Numbered from the stretch's first letter, positions 42,526-51,714 are shown. The stretch is DNA of 53,403 bases from Caulobacteraceae bacterium (GCA_036386655.1 DASVVG010000187.1:1-53403); one strand, 5' to 3'. A program made the numbers and translations. The notes: generated from the letters alone by a model not told the origin.

Positions 42526-43775
42526 GCCGCGACGGCATCTTCCCGACCTTCTTCCTCTCAGGGTTCGAGTGCTCGACCTTCGTCTGGAAGGACCAGGGAC
42601 GCCGCGACCTCTGCGAGGAGACGCAGCACCGCAGGAACGCCGACGGCGACTACGCCCTGCTGCCGCCCCTGGGCATCGCCGTGGCCCGCGAAGGGATCCC
42701 GTGGCCGATGGTCGACAAGGGCGAGGGACGCTTCGACTTCAGCTACGTCGACCCGTTCATCGAGGCGATGAACCGGCACAAGGTCCTGCCGATCTGGGAC
42801 CTCTGCCATTACGGCTATCCCGACGGCTGCGACCCCTACGACGAGGGCTTCGCCGAGCGCTTCGCGGCCTACGCCCGCGCCGCGGCCGAATACGTCACGA
42901 CGCGCGTTCGAGGGCCGCACTTCTTCACGCCCATGAACGAGATCACCTTCTTCGGCTTCATGGCCGGGGAGTGGGGCTGGGCGGCGCCGTTCCGCAAGAC
43001 GCGCGAGGACCGCACGAAGCTGCGCCTGGCCATGTGCAAGGCGGACATCGCGGGCGTGAAGGCCATCCGCGAGGTCGTGCCCGAAGCGCGCATGGTGCAC
43101 ATCGACCCGCTGATCCTCGTCGTGCCGCCGGCGCACCGTCCGGACCTCGCCGACGAAGCCCGGCGCGAGAGCACGGAGGACGCCTTCTTCTCCTTCGACG
43201 TGATCTCCGGCCGCGTGCATCCGGAGCTCGGTGGCTCGCCGGAAATCCTCGATATCGTGGGGGTGAACAACTACTCCTTCGGCCAGATGGAATACCGGGA
43301 GGAGGGGCCCCACGCGGCGCTCGAACCCCACGACCCGCGCATCGTCCCGCTGGTCGACCTGCTCGAAACAGCATGGACCCGCTACCGCCGCCCGATGGTC
43401 GTCGCGGAGACCTCCGGCATGCAGGGCGGCCGGCCCGACTGGCTCAACGACGTGGTCGAAGAGTCGCTGGCGGCGGTGAACCGCGGCATGGATCTGCACG
43501 GCGTCTGCCTGTTCCCCGCCGTGGACATGCCCGACTGGCACACCGGCGAGTGGCTCCACAACGGCATCTGCGACCTGGAGCCCGGGCGCGACGGCGCGCT
43601 GAAGCGCGTGCCGTTCCAGCCGTACGTCGACGCGCTCCGCCACTGGCAACGCGAGCTCAACCGCGTCGAGAGCCTCGACGACGATCCGTTCGACCAGCCG
43701 GTGAACCTGGAGGACGTCGTCGCGGCCGCCCGCCGCCTGAACCCCCGCGGCGACAGCGACTGGCACGGCGGCTAG
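42522..43775 (+). CDS. GH1-like (clan GH-A TIM-barrel) glycoside hydrolase family protein
   Basis: 417 aa. The acid/base-like motif is ..FTPMNEITF.. and the nucleophile-like motif is ..MVVAETSG.. The TTG start overlaps the DUF488 stop (TTGA). Confidence 0.6.
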   Translation: MSRDGIFPTFFLSGFECSTFVWKDQGRRDLCEETQHRRNADGDYALLPPLGIAVAREGIPWPMVDKGEGRFDFSYVDPFIEAMNRHKVLPIWDLCHYGYPDGCDPYDEGFAERFAAYARAAAEYVTTRVRGPHFFTPMNEITFFGFMAGEWGWAAPFRKTREDRTKLRLAMCKADIAGVKAIREVVPEARMVHIDPLILVVPPAHRPDLADEARRESTEDAFFSFDVISGRVHPELGGSPEILDIVGVNNYSFGQMEYREEGPHAALEPHDPRIVPLVDLLETAWTRYRRPMVVAETSGMQGGRPDWLNDVVEESLAAVNRGMDLHGVCLFPAVDMPDWHTGEWLHNGICDLEPGRDGALKRVPFQPYVDALRHWQRELNRVESLDDDPFDQPVNLEDVVAAARRLNPRGDSDWHGG

Positions 43776-45124
43776 CGCAACGGAGTCACCGCCTTCGAGC
43801 GGTCGAGGTAGACGACGGCGTCGAACTGGCGGGACAGGCGGGCCTCGAAGTAGTGGGCGATCCGCTCCTGTTCGGGGACGTAGATCACCCCCACCGCACG
43901 CTCCAGCCTGGGCTCCGACAGGCGGTCCGCAGCGCCGCCGCGCAGGATCATCAGCGCGTCGCCGAGCGCCTGCCCGTGGAAGAGCCCCGCGTAGCTCTCC
44001 GGCAGCGCGGGCCGCAGCGTGTACACCCGCCCCGGCGCATCCCACTCGGGCGCGGCCATCACGGTCCCGGAATGGGTGAGGAACCCGACGAGGAAGGCGC
44101 GGTCCCCGGTTCTCTGGCGCAGCAGCTGTCCGATGTTCAGCTCGCCGCGCTCGCTCGCCTGCGTATGCCGGGCGTCGCCTGAGTGCGTGTTGTGGGCCCA
44201 GATCACCACGCGGCCTTCCTGTCCCGACAGGGCGGCGGCGTGCGCGGCGATGTCGCCGACGGTGTCCGCCATCCAGCGGTCGCGGACGTTCCAGCTGTAG
44301 GCGCCCGCGTAAGTGGCCCGGAAGTACGCCTCCGCCGCGGCGACCGAGGCCGCGCTCCGCACCGCGGAGAACCAGGCTTCGGCCTCCGCAGGGTCGCTCG
44401 GCCGAGCCCGCGCGCGCATCTCCGCCAGCACCGCCGCCGCCTGCGTCTCGCACGACCGGGTCGGCCGCCGCGTGGCCTCGCCGTATTTCTGCGGGTCTGG
44501 CCGGTAGGGTGCGAAGCACCGGTAGTGCGCCCGCGCCCGGGCCGCAGCGGCAGGATCGGTGCGCTGCAGCCAGGTCACGACGGCGTCGGCCGCCTCGTAG
44601 AGGTTGTAGACGTCCATGCCATAGACGCCGACCCGCCGGCTCGCCGGCTGCGTCATGTTCCATGCGCGAAGGCGTTCGGCGAAGGCGGCGAATTCGGCGT
44701 TGCGCCACATCCAGCGGGGAAAGCGCTTGAAGTCCGAGAGCGCCTGTTCGGCGCTGGTGTCGGATCCGAGGCCACGAACGTAGCGGTTCACGCGGTCAGC
44801 GTCGGGCCAGTCGCCCTCGATGGCGACGGCGAGCACGCCCTTCTCGCGCACCAGGCGCTCGCTGATCCGGGCCCGCTCCCGGTAGAATTCGTGCGTGCCG
44901 TGGGTGGACTCCCCCAGCAGCACGAAGCGCGGCTCGCCCATAGCCGCCAGCAGCGGATCGTAGTCCTCCGGCACCCCTCGGAGCGGCGTGTGGGGCGCGG
45001 CGGCCGCTTGCGGGGCGCGCGGCGCGGGAGAGGGCGTCTGCGCCAGCGCCGCGGGTCGCTCTGAGCAGGCGGCGAGCATCGCGCCAAGGACGACCGGGAC
45101 GAGGCGGAGGATACGCGACGGCAT
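43772..45124 (-). CDS. Erythromycin esterase family lipoprotein
   Basis: Internal ATG (MPSRILRLVPVVLGAMLAAC, lipobox). ..FVLLGESTHGTHEFY.., ..VAIEGDWPDA.. and ..VIWAHNTH.. are typical of the EreA/ChaN-like family. The upstream 470 codons of the track ORF are antisense to dctA. Confidence 0.8.
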   Translation of the reverse strand: MPSRILRLVPVVLGAMLAACSERPAALAQTPSPAPRAPQAAAAPHTPLRGVPEDYDPLLAAMGEPRFVLLGESTHGTHEFYRERARISERLVREKGVLAVAIEGDWPDADRVNRYVRGLGSDTSAEQALSDFKRFPRWMWRNAEFAAFAERLRAWNMTQPASRRVGVYGMDVYNLYEAADAVVTWLQRTDPAAAARARAHYRCFAPYRPDPQKYGEATRRPTRSCETQAAAVLAEMRARARPSDPAEAEAWFSAVRSAASVAAAEAYFRATYAGAYSWNVRDRWMADTVGDIAAHAAALSGQEGRVVIWAHNTHSGDARHTQASERGELNIGQLLRQRTGDRAFLVGFLTHSGTVMAAPEWDAPGRVYTLRPALPESYAGLFHGQALGDALMILRGGAADRLSEPRLERAVGVIYVPEQERIAHYFEARLSRQFDAVVYLDRSKAVTPLR

Positions 45125-45232
45125 CCCGGGACAAGCCCGGCTCCTGCGCGCCGGTTCCTCGGGCCAGCAAATGCTAACGATCGCCTGAACACGCAGCGCG
45201 ACACGGCCCCGCGCGCTCGCTAGCCTCGGCCG

Positions 45233-46573
45233 ATGATCGCGCCCACGCACCCCGTCCATCCGGCGCCGCGTCGCCGCGGGCTGCACCGCCAGCTGTACGT
45301 GCAGGTGCTCGCCGCCATCATCGCCGGGGCTCTCATCGGCCACTTCTTCCCGGCTACGGGCGAGGCGCTGAAGCCGCTGGGCGACGCCTTCATCAAGCTG
45401 GTGAAGATGCTGATCGCGCCGGTGATCTTCCTGACGGTGGTCACCGGCATCGCCGGCATGCGCGACCTCAACAAGGTCGGCGGCGTGGCGCTTAAGGCGT
45501 TCGCCTACTTCTTCACCGTCTCCAGCCTCGCGCTGGTCGTCGGGCTCATCGTCGCCAACGTCGTTCGGCCCGGCGCGGGCATGAACGTGGACCCCGCCAC
45601 CCTCGACGCCGGCGCGGTCGAGAACTACGCCTCCAAGGCGCACGAGACGACGATCACCGGCTTCCTGCTCGACATCATCCCGGAGACGGTGGTGGGCGCC
45701 TTCGCCGCCGGGAACATCCTCCAGGTCCTGTTCTTCTCCATCCCCTTCGGGCTGGCGCTGGCGATGATCGGGGAGCGCGGAGACCCGGCGCTGCGCGTGC
45801 TGAACGCGGTGGCGGAGGCGTTCTTCAAGCTCGTCGGCATCTTCATGCGGGCCGCGCCGATCGGGGCGTTCGGCGCCTTCGCCTTCACCATCGGCCGCTA
45901 CGGCATCGACTCGATCGCCGACCTGGCCCTGCTGGTCGCCACCTTCTACGCCACCTCGCTGCTGTTCGTGCTGCTGGTGCTGGGCGGCGTGGGCTGGCTC
46001 ACCGGCTTCTCGATCCTGAAGCTGATCCGCTACCTCAAGGAGGAGCTGCTGCTCGTGCTGGGCACCAGCTCGTCCGAGGCGGCCCTGCCCAGCCTGCTGG
46101 AGAAGATGGAGCGCGCCGGCTGCCCGAAGCCGATCGTCGGCCTCGTGGTCCCCACCGGCTACAGCTTCAACCTCGACGGCACAAACATCTACATGACGCT
46201 CGCGGCGCTGTTCATCGCCCAGGCGGTCGGCATCGACCTCACGCTCGGCCAGCAGCTCCTGCTCCTCGCCGTCGCCATGCTGAGCTCCAAGGGCGCGGCC
46301 GGCGTGACCGGCGCGGGCTTCATCACGCTCGCCGCCACCCTGTCGGTGGTGCCCACCGTCCCGGTCGCGGGCCTCGCGCTCATCCTCGGGGTCGACCGCT
46401 TCATGTCCGAGTGCCGCGCGCTGACCAACTTCATCGGCAACGCGGTCGCGACCATCGTGGTGTCCCGATGGGAAGGGGGCCTGGACCGCCTGCAGCTCGG
46501 CTATGCGCTCAACGACACCGCGCCCCCCGACCATGCCGCAGCGCTCGCTCCGGCCGAGGCGCCCTCCGACTGA
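45233..46573 (+). CDS. dctA: C4-dicarboxylate transporter DctA
   Basis: 446 aa of the DAACS family: ..[18 protein letters not shown].., ..[12 protein letters not shown].. and ..[14 protein letters not shown].. Confidence 0.92.
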   Translation: MIAPTHPVHPAPRRRGLHRQLYVQVLAAIIAGALIGHFFPATGEALKPLGDAFIKLVKMLIAPVIFLTVVTGIAGMRDLNKVGGVALKAFAYFFTVSSLALVVGLIVANVVRPGAGMNVDPATLDAGAVENYASKAHETTITGFLLDIIPETVVGAFAAGNILQVLFFSIPFGLALAMIGERGDPALRVLNAVAEAFFKLVGIFMRAAPIGAFGAFAFTIGRYGIDSIADLALLVATFYATSLLFVLLVLGGVGWLTGFSILKLIRYLKEELLLVLGTSSSEAALPSLLEKMERAGCPKPIVGLVVPTGYSFNLDGTNIYMTLAALFIAQAVGIDLTLGQQLLLLAVAMLSSKGAAGVTGAGFITLAATLSVVPTVPVAGLALILGVDRFMSECRALTNFIGNAVATIVVSRWEGGLDRLQLGYALNDTAPPDHAAALAPAEAPSD

Positions 46574-46602
46574 GGTGCCCCTGAGTCGCTTTGTCGCGGC
46601 GG

Positions 46603-46633
46603 TTTTCCACTGTCCACATCCGCCTGTGGATAG
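46603..46633. promoter_or_regulatory. Cluster of three DnaA-box-like 9-mers
   Basis: TTTTCCACT (46603..46611), cTGTCCACA (46610..46618) and, on the opposite strand, CTATCCACA (46625..46633). Consensus is TTATCCACA. TCCACA-N6-TGTGGA is also an inverted repeat. Confidence 0.45.
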
Positions 46634-46644
46634 TTTCGCGAAAC
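46633..46644. promoter_or_regulatory. Perfect 12-bp palindrome GTTTCGCGAAAC
   Basis: The sequence is its own reverse complement. It abuts the DnaA-box-like cluster and lies 69 nt upstream of the 81-aa ORF. It is a candidate dimeric regulator operator. Confidence 0.4.
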
Positions 46645-46712
46645 CGTCTTGCCAGCCTGCGTGCGGGGCGTATCTCAGGACGCGACGCGGGGGCGTCTCC
46701 GAGGCGAGTAAG

Positions 46713-46958
46713 ATGCTGCGAGTGAGTTATTCGGATCTGTTCGGGATCCGCCATGAGCGCGAGTGGGAAGAGCATATCGCCGAGGGCGACATGGTCAGCA
46801 CCGGCTCCAACGCCGGCCCGTTCTTCCGGGTCCTGGCCGTGAACGACAACCGCGCCTGGCTGCGCAACGTGTCGAACGGCATGGACGGGATCGTGGACGT
46901 CGCCCGCTGCCGCAAGGTCAACGGCGCGCCGGCGAGCGTCTACCGCGCCGAGGCCTGA
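46713..46958 (+). CDS. Small hypothetical protein (81 aa)
   Basis: Internal ATG of the track ORF, with GAGG 10 nt upstream. The composition is balanced (MLRVSYSDLFGIRHEREWEEHIAEGDMVSTGSNAGPFFRVLAVNDNRAWLRNV..). Its 3' end overlaps the convergent M1 peptidase gene by 19 nt. Confidence 0.5.
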   Translation: MLRVSYSDLFGIRHEREWEEHIAEGDMVSTGSNAGPFFRVLAVNDNRAWLRNVSNGMDGIVDVARCRKVNGAPASVYRAEA

Positions 46959-48289
46959 CCGCCCGGGGCCGCCGCGCCCCCGGGATGCACCCAGCTGTCG
47001 AACAGCGGCGCGAGATCCTCGCCGCTCTCCGCCTGCATCGCGCGCTGGAAATCGCGGCTGTCGACGGTGCCGCCCGCGTGCGTGCGCGTGAAGCGCCGCA
47101 GCCCCGCCCAGAACGCCGCCTCGCCCATCTTCTGGCGCAACTCGTCCATGAACAGCGCGCCCTTGCTGTAGGTGACCGCCCGCCGGAGCGGCAGCGACGG
47201 GTAGGCGCCTGCGTAGGCCAGCGGCTTGTCGAACCCGGCTTCGGCCGCCCGTGCCCGGCGGCCGCGCGCCAGCTCCATCTCCCGGTCGTAGGCCGGCCGG
47301 CCCCAGCGCTTCTCCTTCCAGGCCGCGACCATGAACGTCGTGATCCCCTCGTTGAGCCAGAAGTGGTCCCAGCTCTCGTTGGTGACGAGGTTGCCCCACC
47401 ACTGGTGCGCCAGCTCGTGGGCGATCGCCCAGTCCTCCTGCGGCGTCTCCAGGATCGGCTTCATCGTCGCCTCGCCCAGCAGCGAGAAAGACGACGCTTC
47501 CTGCGCCGCACCGCCGGGGACCAGCACCTGCGTGTAGCGGCGGTGGGGGAGCGGCAAGCCCGCCTTCTCCTCGAAGAACGCCAGCATCGCGCCGGTGTCG
47601 CGGAACATGGCAGGGACCTGCGCCGCCGCCTCCGCGCTCGACAGCACCGGCAACTCCACGCGCCCGTGCTTCAGTTGCGTCTTCGCGAACCGCCCCGCCG
47701 CGAACCCGTACAGGTAGTTCGAGTACGGTCGCCGCTCGCGCCAGCGATGCACCTCGCCCAAGCCGCTGGTGCGGGTCACGCGTCCCGGCTCTCCCGTGGC
47801 CACGGTGACGAACCCCGCCGGCACGGTCAGCTCCAGCGAGAACGTCGCCTTGTCGCCGGGTCGATCGATGTCGCAGACGGTCCAGTCGCAGGTGTGATAG
47901 GCGGTGTAGAGGCCGTCCTCGACGAAGGTGAGCCCGCGCGACGGCGTGCCGATCTGCGTCGCCTCGACGACGATCCGCTGCCCCGCCTTGAGCGGCCGCG
48001 CCGGGATGAAACCGAGCCGGGGACCGGAGCGGTCCACCTGCGCCGGGCGCCCGCCGATCTGGGCGTCGTTCAGCACCATGCCGTTGGCCGTGAACTCCAC
48101 CCGATCGCCCGGCCGAACGACCCGGAGCGTCAGCCGCGTCCGGCTGGTCACCATCTGCGTCTCGAAGTCGGGCTCCAGCGCGACGTGGTGGTGCAGCACG
48201 TCGACCTCCGCCGGTTGCGCCGCCCGCACCGGAACTCCGACTGAAAGGGTGGCAGCGACCAGGCCGGCGATGCCGAGCGCCTTCTTCAT
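46940..48289 (-). CDS. Secreted M1-family zinc aminopeptidase
   Basis: Signal peptide MKKALGIAGLVAATLSVGVPVRA. HEXXH-X18-E is present as HELAHQWWGNLVTNESWDHFWLNEG. The ATG overlaps the upstream stop (ATGA). Confidence 0.88.
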   Translation of the reverse strand: MKKALGIAGLVAATLSVGVPVRAAQPAEVDVLHHHVALEPDFETQMVTSRTRLTLRVVRPGDRVEFTANGMVLNDAQIGGRPAQVDRSGPRLGFIPARPLKAGQRIVVEATQIGTPSRGLTFVEDGLYTAYHTCDWTVCDIDRPGDKATFSLELTVPAGFVTVATGEPGRVTRTSGLGEVHRWRERRPYSNYLYGFAAGRFAKTQLKHGRVELPVLSSAEAAAQVPAMFRDTGAMLAFFEEKAGLPLPHRRYTQVLVPGGAAQEASSFSLLGEATMKPILETPQEDWAIAHELAHQWWGNLVTNESWDHFWLNEGITTFMVAAWKEKRWGRPAYDREMELARGRRARAAEAGFDKPLAYAGAYPSLPLRRAVTYSKGALFMDELRQKMGEAAFWAGLRRFTRTHAGGTVDSRDFQRAMQAESGEDLAPLFDSWVHPGGAAAPGGQASAR

Positions 48290-49476
48290 CGCGCCGGTCC
48301 CTCTGGGATCGGCGGCGCAGGGGCGAGGCCGACGGGCAGCGGCCGTCCCAGCGCTTCCGCCATCGCCCGCTGCGCCACCAGCAGCACCTCGCGCTCCTGC
48401 TCGTAGTTGTTCGACAGCACCACCACCGTCACGTCCGCGTCCGGCTGGCAGGTCGCCAGCGCGCGGAATCCCGACCAGCTGCCGGTGTGGAAGACCTGCC
48501 GCTCCGGGAATCCGGGCGTCATTCGCATGCCCCTCGGCCCGATGAACACGCCGTAGCCGAACGTCTGCGGCACGCCCAGGCGCTCGCGGGTGACGTAGCG
48601 CTCCGGCGCGGCCGCGGCGGTCATCTGGGCGTAGGACTTCGCCGACAGCACCCGTCCCCGGTGCAGCGCCCGGTTCCAGCGGAACAGGTCGTCCACCGTC
48701 GAGTAGAGCGCGCCGGACGCGAACACGACGTCCGCCCCTGATTCGCGGCGCGGGATCAGCCCCTCCGCGCCCGCCGAGTAACCGGTCGCCAGCAGCCGTG
48801 AGCCGTCGTCCCAGCCGGTGTCCTTCAGCCCGAGCGGCTCGAGCAGGGTCAGGCGCAGGTGCTCCGCGAACGGCCGCGCCGCTGCCCGCTCCACCACGTG
48901 GCCCAGCAGATTATAGCCGACGTTGCTGTAGCCGATCCGCTCCCCGGGCTGGAACTCGAGCGGCAGGGCGGCGCTCGCGGCCGTCATCTCCGCCGTGCTC
49001 TGCTTCGCCCATCGGACCTTGCTCCAGTCTCGGCGCCTCATGAGGTCCGGCACTCCGGAGGTGTGCGACAGCAGGTGGTGCAGCGTCACCGCCCGCCAGG
49101 CCTCCGGGCAGGGCTCGATCCACCTGCATACCGGATCGTCGACGCTCAGCACGCCCTTGTCCTGCAGCTGCAGCACCGCTGCGGCCGTGAACTGCTTGCT
49201 CAGCGAGGCGATGCGGAAGCGGCTCTCCGGAGTCAGCGGCTCGCCGGTGCCGCGGTCCGCCAGCCCGTACGCGCCACGGAACAGCACCTCGTCGCCCCGC
49301 GCGACCAGCACCGCCCCGCTGAAGCGGTCCGCCGCCGCTTCCGACGCGAGCCACGGCCCGAGCGTCCGCACCTGCGGCGCGGCCGCCGCCGTGCGGGCAG
49401 GCTCCGACTCCCGCCGCTCGCACGAAGCCAGCGCCAGCGCCGCGAGCAGCGCCGCCGCTCCGAACGCCAGCCTCAC
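48286..49476 (-). CDS. Serine hydrolase (beta-lactamase/PBP4-like family) lipoprotein
   Basis: The GTG start overlaps the upstream stop (GTGA). Lipobox LALASC. SxxK is present as ASLSKQF, and a YSN motif as IGYSNVGY. Confidence 0.85.
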   Translation of the reverse strand: MRLAFGAAALLAALALASCERRESEPARTAAAAPQVRTLGPWLASEAAADRFSGAVLVARGDEVLFRGAYGLADRGTGEPLTPESRFRIASLSKQFTAAAVLQLQDKGVLSVDDPVCRWIEPCPEAWRAVTLHHLLSHTSGVPDLMRRRDWSKVRWAKQSTAEMTAASAALPLEFQPGERIGYSNVGYNLLGHVVERAAARPFAEHLRLTLLEPLGLKDTGWDDGSRLLATGYSAGAEGLIPRRESGADVVFASGALYSTVDDLFRWNRALHRGRVLSAKSYAQMTAAAAPERYVTRERLGVPQTFGYGVFIGPRGMRMTPGFPERQVFHTGSWSGFRALATCQPDADVTVVVLSNNYEQEREVLLVAQRAMAEALGRPLPVGLAPAPPIPEGPAR

Positions 49477-51248
49477 TCCCGCAGCGCGCCGTACTTGAAC
49501 ACGCGGAAGCGCACGGTCTGCTGGTCGCGGATGTTCTTCGCCACCACGCCGTGCAGGTTCTCGTCCCAGCGGGTCCAGCGCTCGATGAAGCGGTCGCTCG
49601 CCGCCTTGTCGCCGGCGTGCTGGATCGCCAGCACCTCGCGCAGCAGGTCGCCCACCACGGCGTGGTAGCGGGCGTAGTCGATCGACAGCTCGCCCCGCTC
49701 GAACTTCAGCAGGCCTTTGTCGAGGAAGTAGTTCCACTGCATCAGCTGCATGGTCTGGTAGGGCTGGTCCCGCCGCGGCTTCACGTTCTGCAGCACGCGC
49801 GCGACGCCGCTGGCGTAGTGGGCCCGCACGCCCTCGTCGGTGTAGTAGCCCTGCTGGCGCAGCATCGGGGCGGCGTAGAGCGACACCAGGTCCGCCTTCA
49901 TCTCCTCGAGCAGGTTGGCGTTGTCCTGCAGCGCCGCGTCCAGGTCGCGCCCGTCGGCGGTCCTGTCGACGCCGAGGTAGTGGCCCACCTCGTGCCAAAG
50001 CGTGCGCTGGAAGTTGGCCTCCGAGGTCAAGTGCGCTTCGAACGGCGCCGCCACCGCCGCCTTCCACGTCCCCCCGGCGCTGGCGAAGATGTCCGGGTTC
50101 CGCATGATGTTGGCGCGCAGCAGGATGGTCCGGCCATACCGCCGCGCCAGGTAGGCTTCGTTGGGCAGGATGGTCGCCGTGTTGCCCCCGCGGGACTGCG
50201 CGAAGTCGGCCACGACGTCGTATACCCCGACGGGAATATCGTCCCGCACCCGCTTCTTCGCGTCGTACGGCAGCGAGTTCTCCAGCGCCTGGATGCCGGT
50301 CAGCGCCTTCCTGAGCGCCTCCGTCTCCTGACGCCGCGTCGCCAGCACGTTCATCGAGAAGTACGTCTTCACGCCGAACAGCTCGTCGTCGTACGTTTCG
50401 TAGCCGCCGATCTGGCCGTTCAGGTTCTTGAACCGCCCGGTGATCCAGGCCGCATCCCCGCTCTCGTAGTCGTTGGTCAGCAGGTCGCGCGAACGGTTGC
50501 GCAGGTACCGCGCGAACTCCTCGTCGTCCTTCTCCGCCGCGTCGGCCGCCTCGTTCAGCAGCCGGTGCGCGTCGTGCAGATCGTCGGCGTAGGCGAGGGA
50601 GTAGGGGACCGCGTAGAGCACCTTGGCGTCAGGCCGCCGCATCAGCGTGATCAGCCGGTCGCGCAGCCCCGGGTGCAGGGTGTGCAGCGCCCGATGCTTG
50701 GACAGCGCGTCCATGTCCGCGTGCAGGTTCTCCGCGGTCGCGCGCCGGACCACCGTGCGCGGGTGCAGGATCGCGTCCGCCTGCGCAGGGTTGGCGGCGA
50801 TGAAGGCGTCGACTTCCGCCTTGGTGATCCCCCACGGCCAGACGTTCCCGCCCGGTGGCCGCATCGGGACGGGGAGGAACGGCTCGCGCGCGTTCTCCAG
50901 CGTGGTCGCGATCGGCCCCTGGTTCAGCCGGTACAGCGTCAGCAGGTTCTCCGACCACGGGCGCGAGCCGGCGAGCTTGTCCTGCGCGACCAGCGCCGCG
51001 TGCGACGAGATCGCCTGCGGGTGCCGCTGCAGCTCGTAGAGCTGCTGGAAGATCCGGCCGACCTCGATCAGCTTGGCGACGGCGCGCTGCTCGCCCGCGG
51101 TCAGGTGCGACACGTCCGGCGACAGCGTCACCGTCTGGGTCTTGGCGATGATCGGCGCGCTCTTCTCCAGCGGCCAGTACCCCGCCGGCTGCGCCTGCGC
51201 CGCCGTGGCGGCCAGCATCATCCCGCCGGCGAAAATCAGAGCCTTCAC
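49473..51248 (-). CDS. Secreted zinc metallopeptidase, DPP III (M49)-like
   Basis: ..LWHEVGHYLG.. followed 28 residues later by ..EEMKAD.., which resembles the M49 HExxGH / EExxAE(D) pair. Start set to the GTG at 51248 (VKALIFAGGMMLAATAAQA) with SD GGAGG 5 nt upstream. The track start at 51260 is 4 codons longer. Confidence 0.7.
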   Translation of the reverse strand: MKALIFAGGMMLAATAAQAQPAGYWPLEKSAPIIAKTQTVTLSPDVSHLTAGEQRAVAKLIEVGRIFQQLYELQRHPQAISSHAALVAQDKLAGSRPWSENLLTLYRLNQGPIATTLENAREPFLPVPMRPPGGNVWPWGITKAEVDAFIAANPAQADAILHPRTVVRRATAENLHADMDALSKHRALHTLHPGLRDRLITLMRRPDAKVLYAVPYSLAYADDLHDAHRLLNEAADAAEKDDEEFARYLRNRSRDLLTNDYESGDAAWITGRFKNLNGQIGGYETYDDELFGVKTYFSMNVLATRRQETEALRKALTGIQALENSLPYDAKKRVRDDIPVGVYDVVADFAQSRGGNTATILPNEAYLARRYGRTILLRANIMRNPDIFASAGGTWKAAVAAPFEAHLTSEANFQRTLWHEVGHYLGVDRTADGRDLDAALQDNANLLEEMKADLVSLYAAPMLRQQGYYTDEGVRAHYASGVARVLQNVKPRRDQPYQTMQLMQWNYFLDKGLLKFERGELSIDYARYHAVVGDLLREVLAIQHAGDKAASDRFIERWTRWDENLHGVVAKNIRDQQTVRFRVFKYGALRE

Positions 51249-51300
51249 ACGCACCTCCACTCCAGGTGCGCGGACCCTAACGGGGGGACGTGGCCCCGCG

Positions 51301-51714
51301 CTAGAGGTGTTCTGAGACGGCCTGCTCGAGCGCCTTTATCGGTGTGTGCACGTGGTCCTTGTTCAGCTCCGCGGCCACGCGGTGCTTCAGCTCCCCGTTT
51401 ACGGCCTTGCGGAAGGTCGCCAGCGAGCGCGGGTCGGCCGAGACGATCAGCCGGTCGAAGGCGCCGGCCCGGGCCCGCTTCTCCAGGTGCTGGGTGAACA
51501 TCTTCACGAACTGCTCTTCGGTCGAGAAGGCGATGTCGCCGCCGCCCATGTCCACCCGCTTCTCCGGCGTGTCGGGCCGCTCCTCGTTGTGCGGCCGCGC
51601 GTCCATGCCCTCGCTGTCCAGGTGGCGCAGGTTGCCGTCCTCGCCCTTGGCGTAGACGCGGGCGATCTGGCCGTCGAAGGTCGTCACCCAGGTGGTCTGC
51701 TTCCGGTTCGGCAT
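51301..51714 (-). CDS. Host attachment protein family (Host_attach) protein
   Basis: 137 aa: MPNRKQTTWVTTFDGQIARVY.. and ..FDRLIVSADPRSLATFRKAV.. fit the Host_attach family pattern. Confidence 0.7.
   Translation of the reverse strand: MPNRKQTTWVTTFDGQIARVYAKGEDGNLRHLDSEGMDARPHNEERPDTPEKRVDMGGGDIAFSTEEQFVKMFTQHLEKRARAGAFDRLIVSADPRSLATFRKAVNGELKHRVAAELNKDHVHTPIKALEQAVSEHL

Noticed and set aside
42558-44708. 716-aa minus-strand ORF over the GH1-like and esterase genes. The same applies to the similar long ORFs 4524..5747 (minus), 10583..12025 (plus), 12154..14121 (plus), 14546..16018 (minus), 16538..17773 (plus), 31661..33277 (minus), 31939..33387 (plus) and 49551..51497 (plus).
   Set aside because: All are Arg/Pro/Gly/Ala-rich frames overlapping, in antisense or out of frame, genes that carry clear catalytic motifs. 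None has a plausible SD or a domain signature that I can recognise.
45161-45176. Sigma-54-like GG-N10-GC (GGGCCAGCAAATGCT) upstream of dctA
   Set aside because: Only the GG and GC dinucleotides and a few flanking bases match TGGCAC-N5-TTGC. No enhancer-binding-protein sites or dctBD genes are in the window.
45125-46534. N-terminal 470 codons of track ORF 43772..46534
   Set aside because: This part is antisense to dctA. The real erythromycin-esterase-like gene starts at the ATG at 45124 with a lipoprotein signal. The same logic was applied to the false N-terminal extensions of 10565..12565, 11959..14391, 16664..18175, 26386..27468, 38461..39720, 48286..50067 and 51815..53329, where internal starts give 1-4 nt overlaps with the upstream stop or good SDs.
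46574-46712. Possibility that the DnaA-box cluster marks a replication origin
   Set aside because: There are only three imperfect boxes in about 30 bp, no AT-rich unwinding element, no CtrA sites and no origin-typical flanking genes (hemE, dnaA, dnaN). It is more likely a regulatory or titration site.
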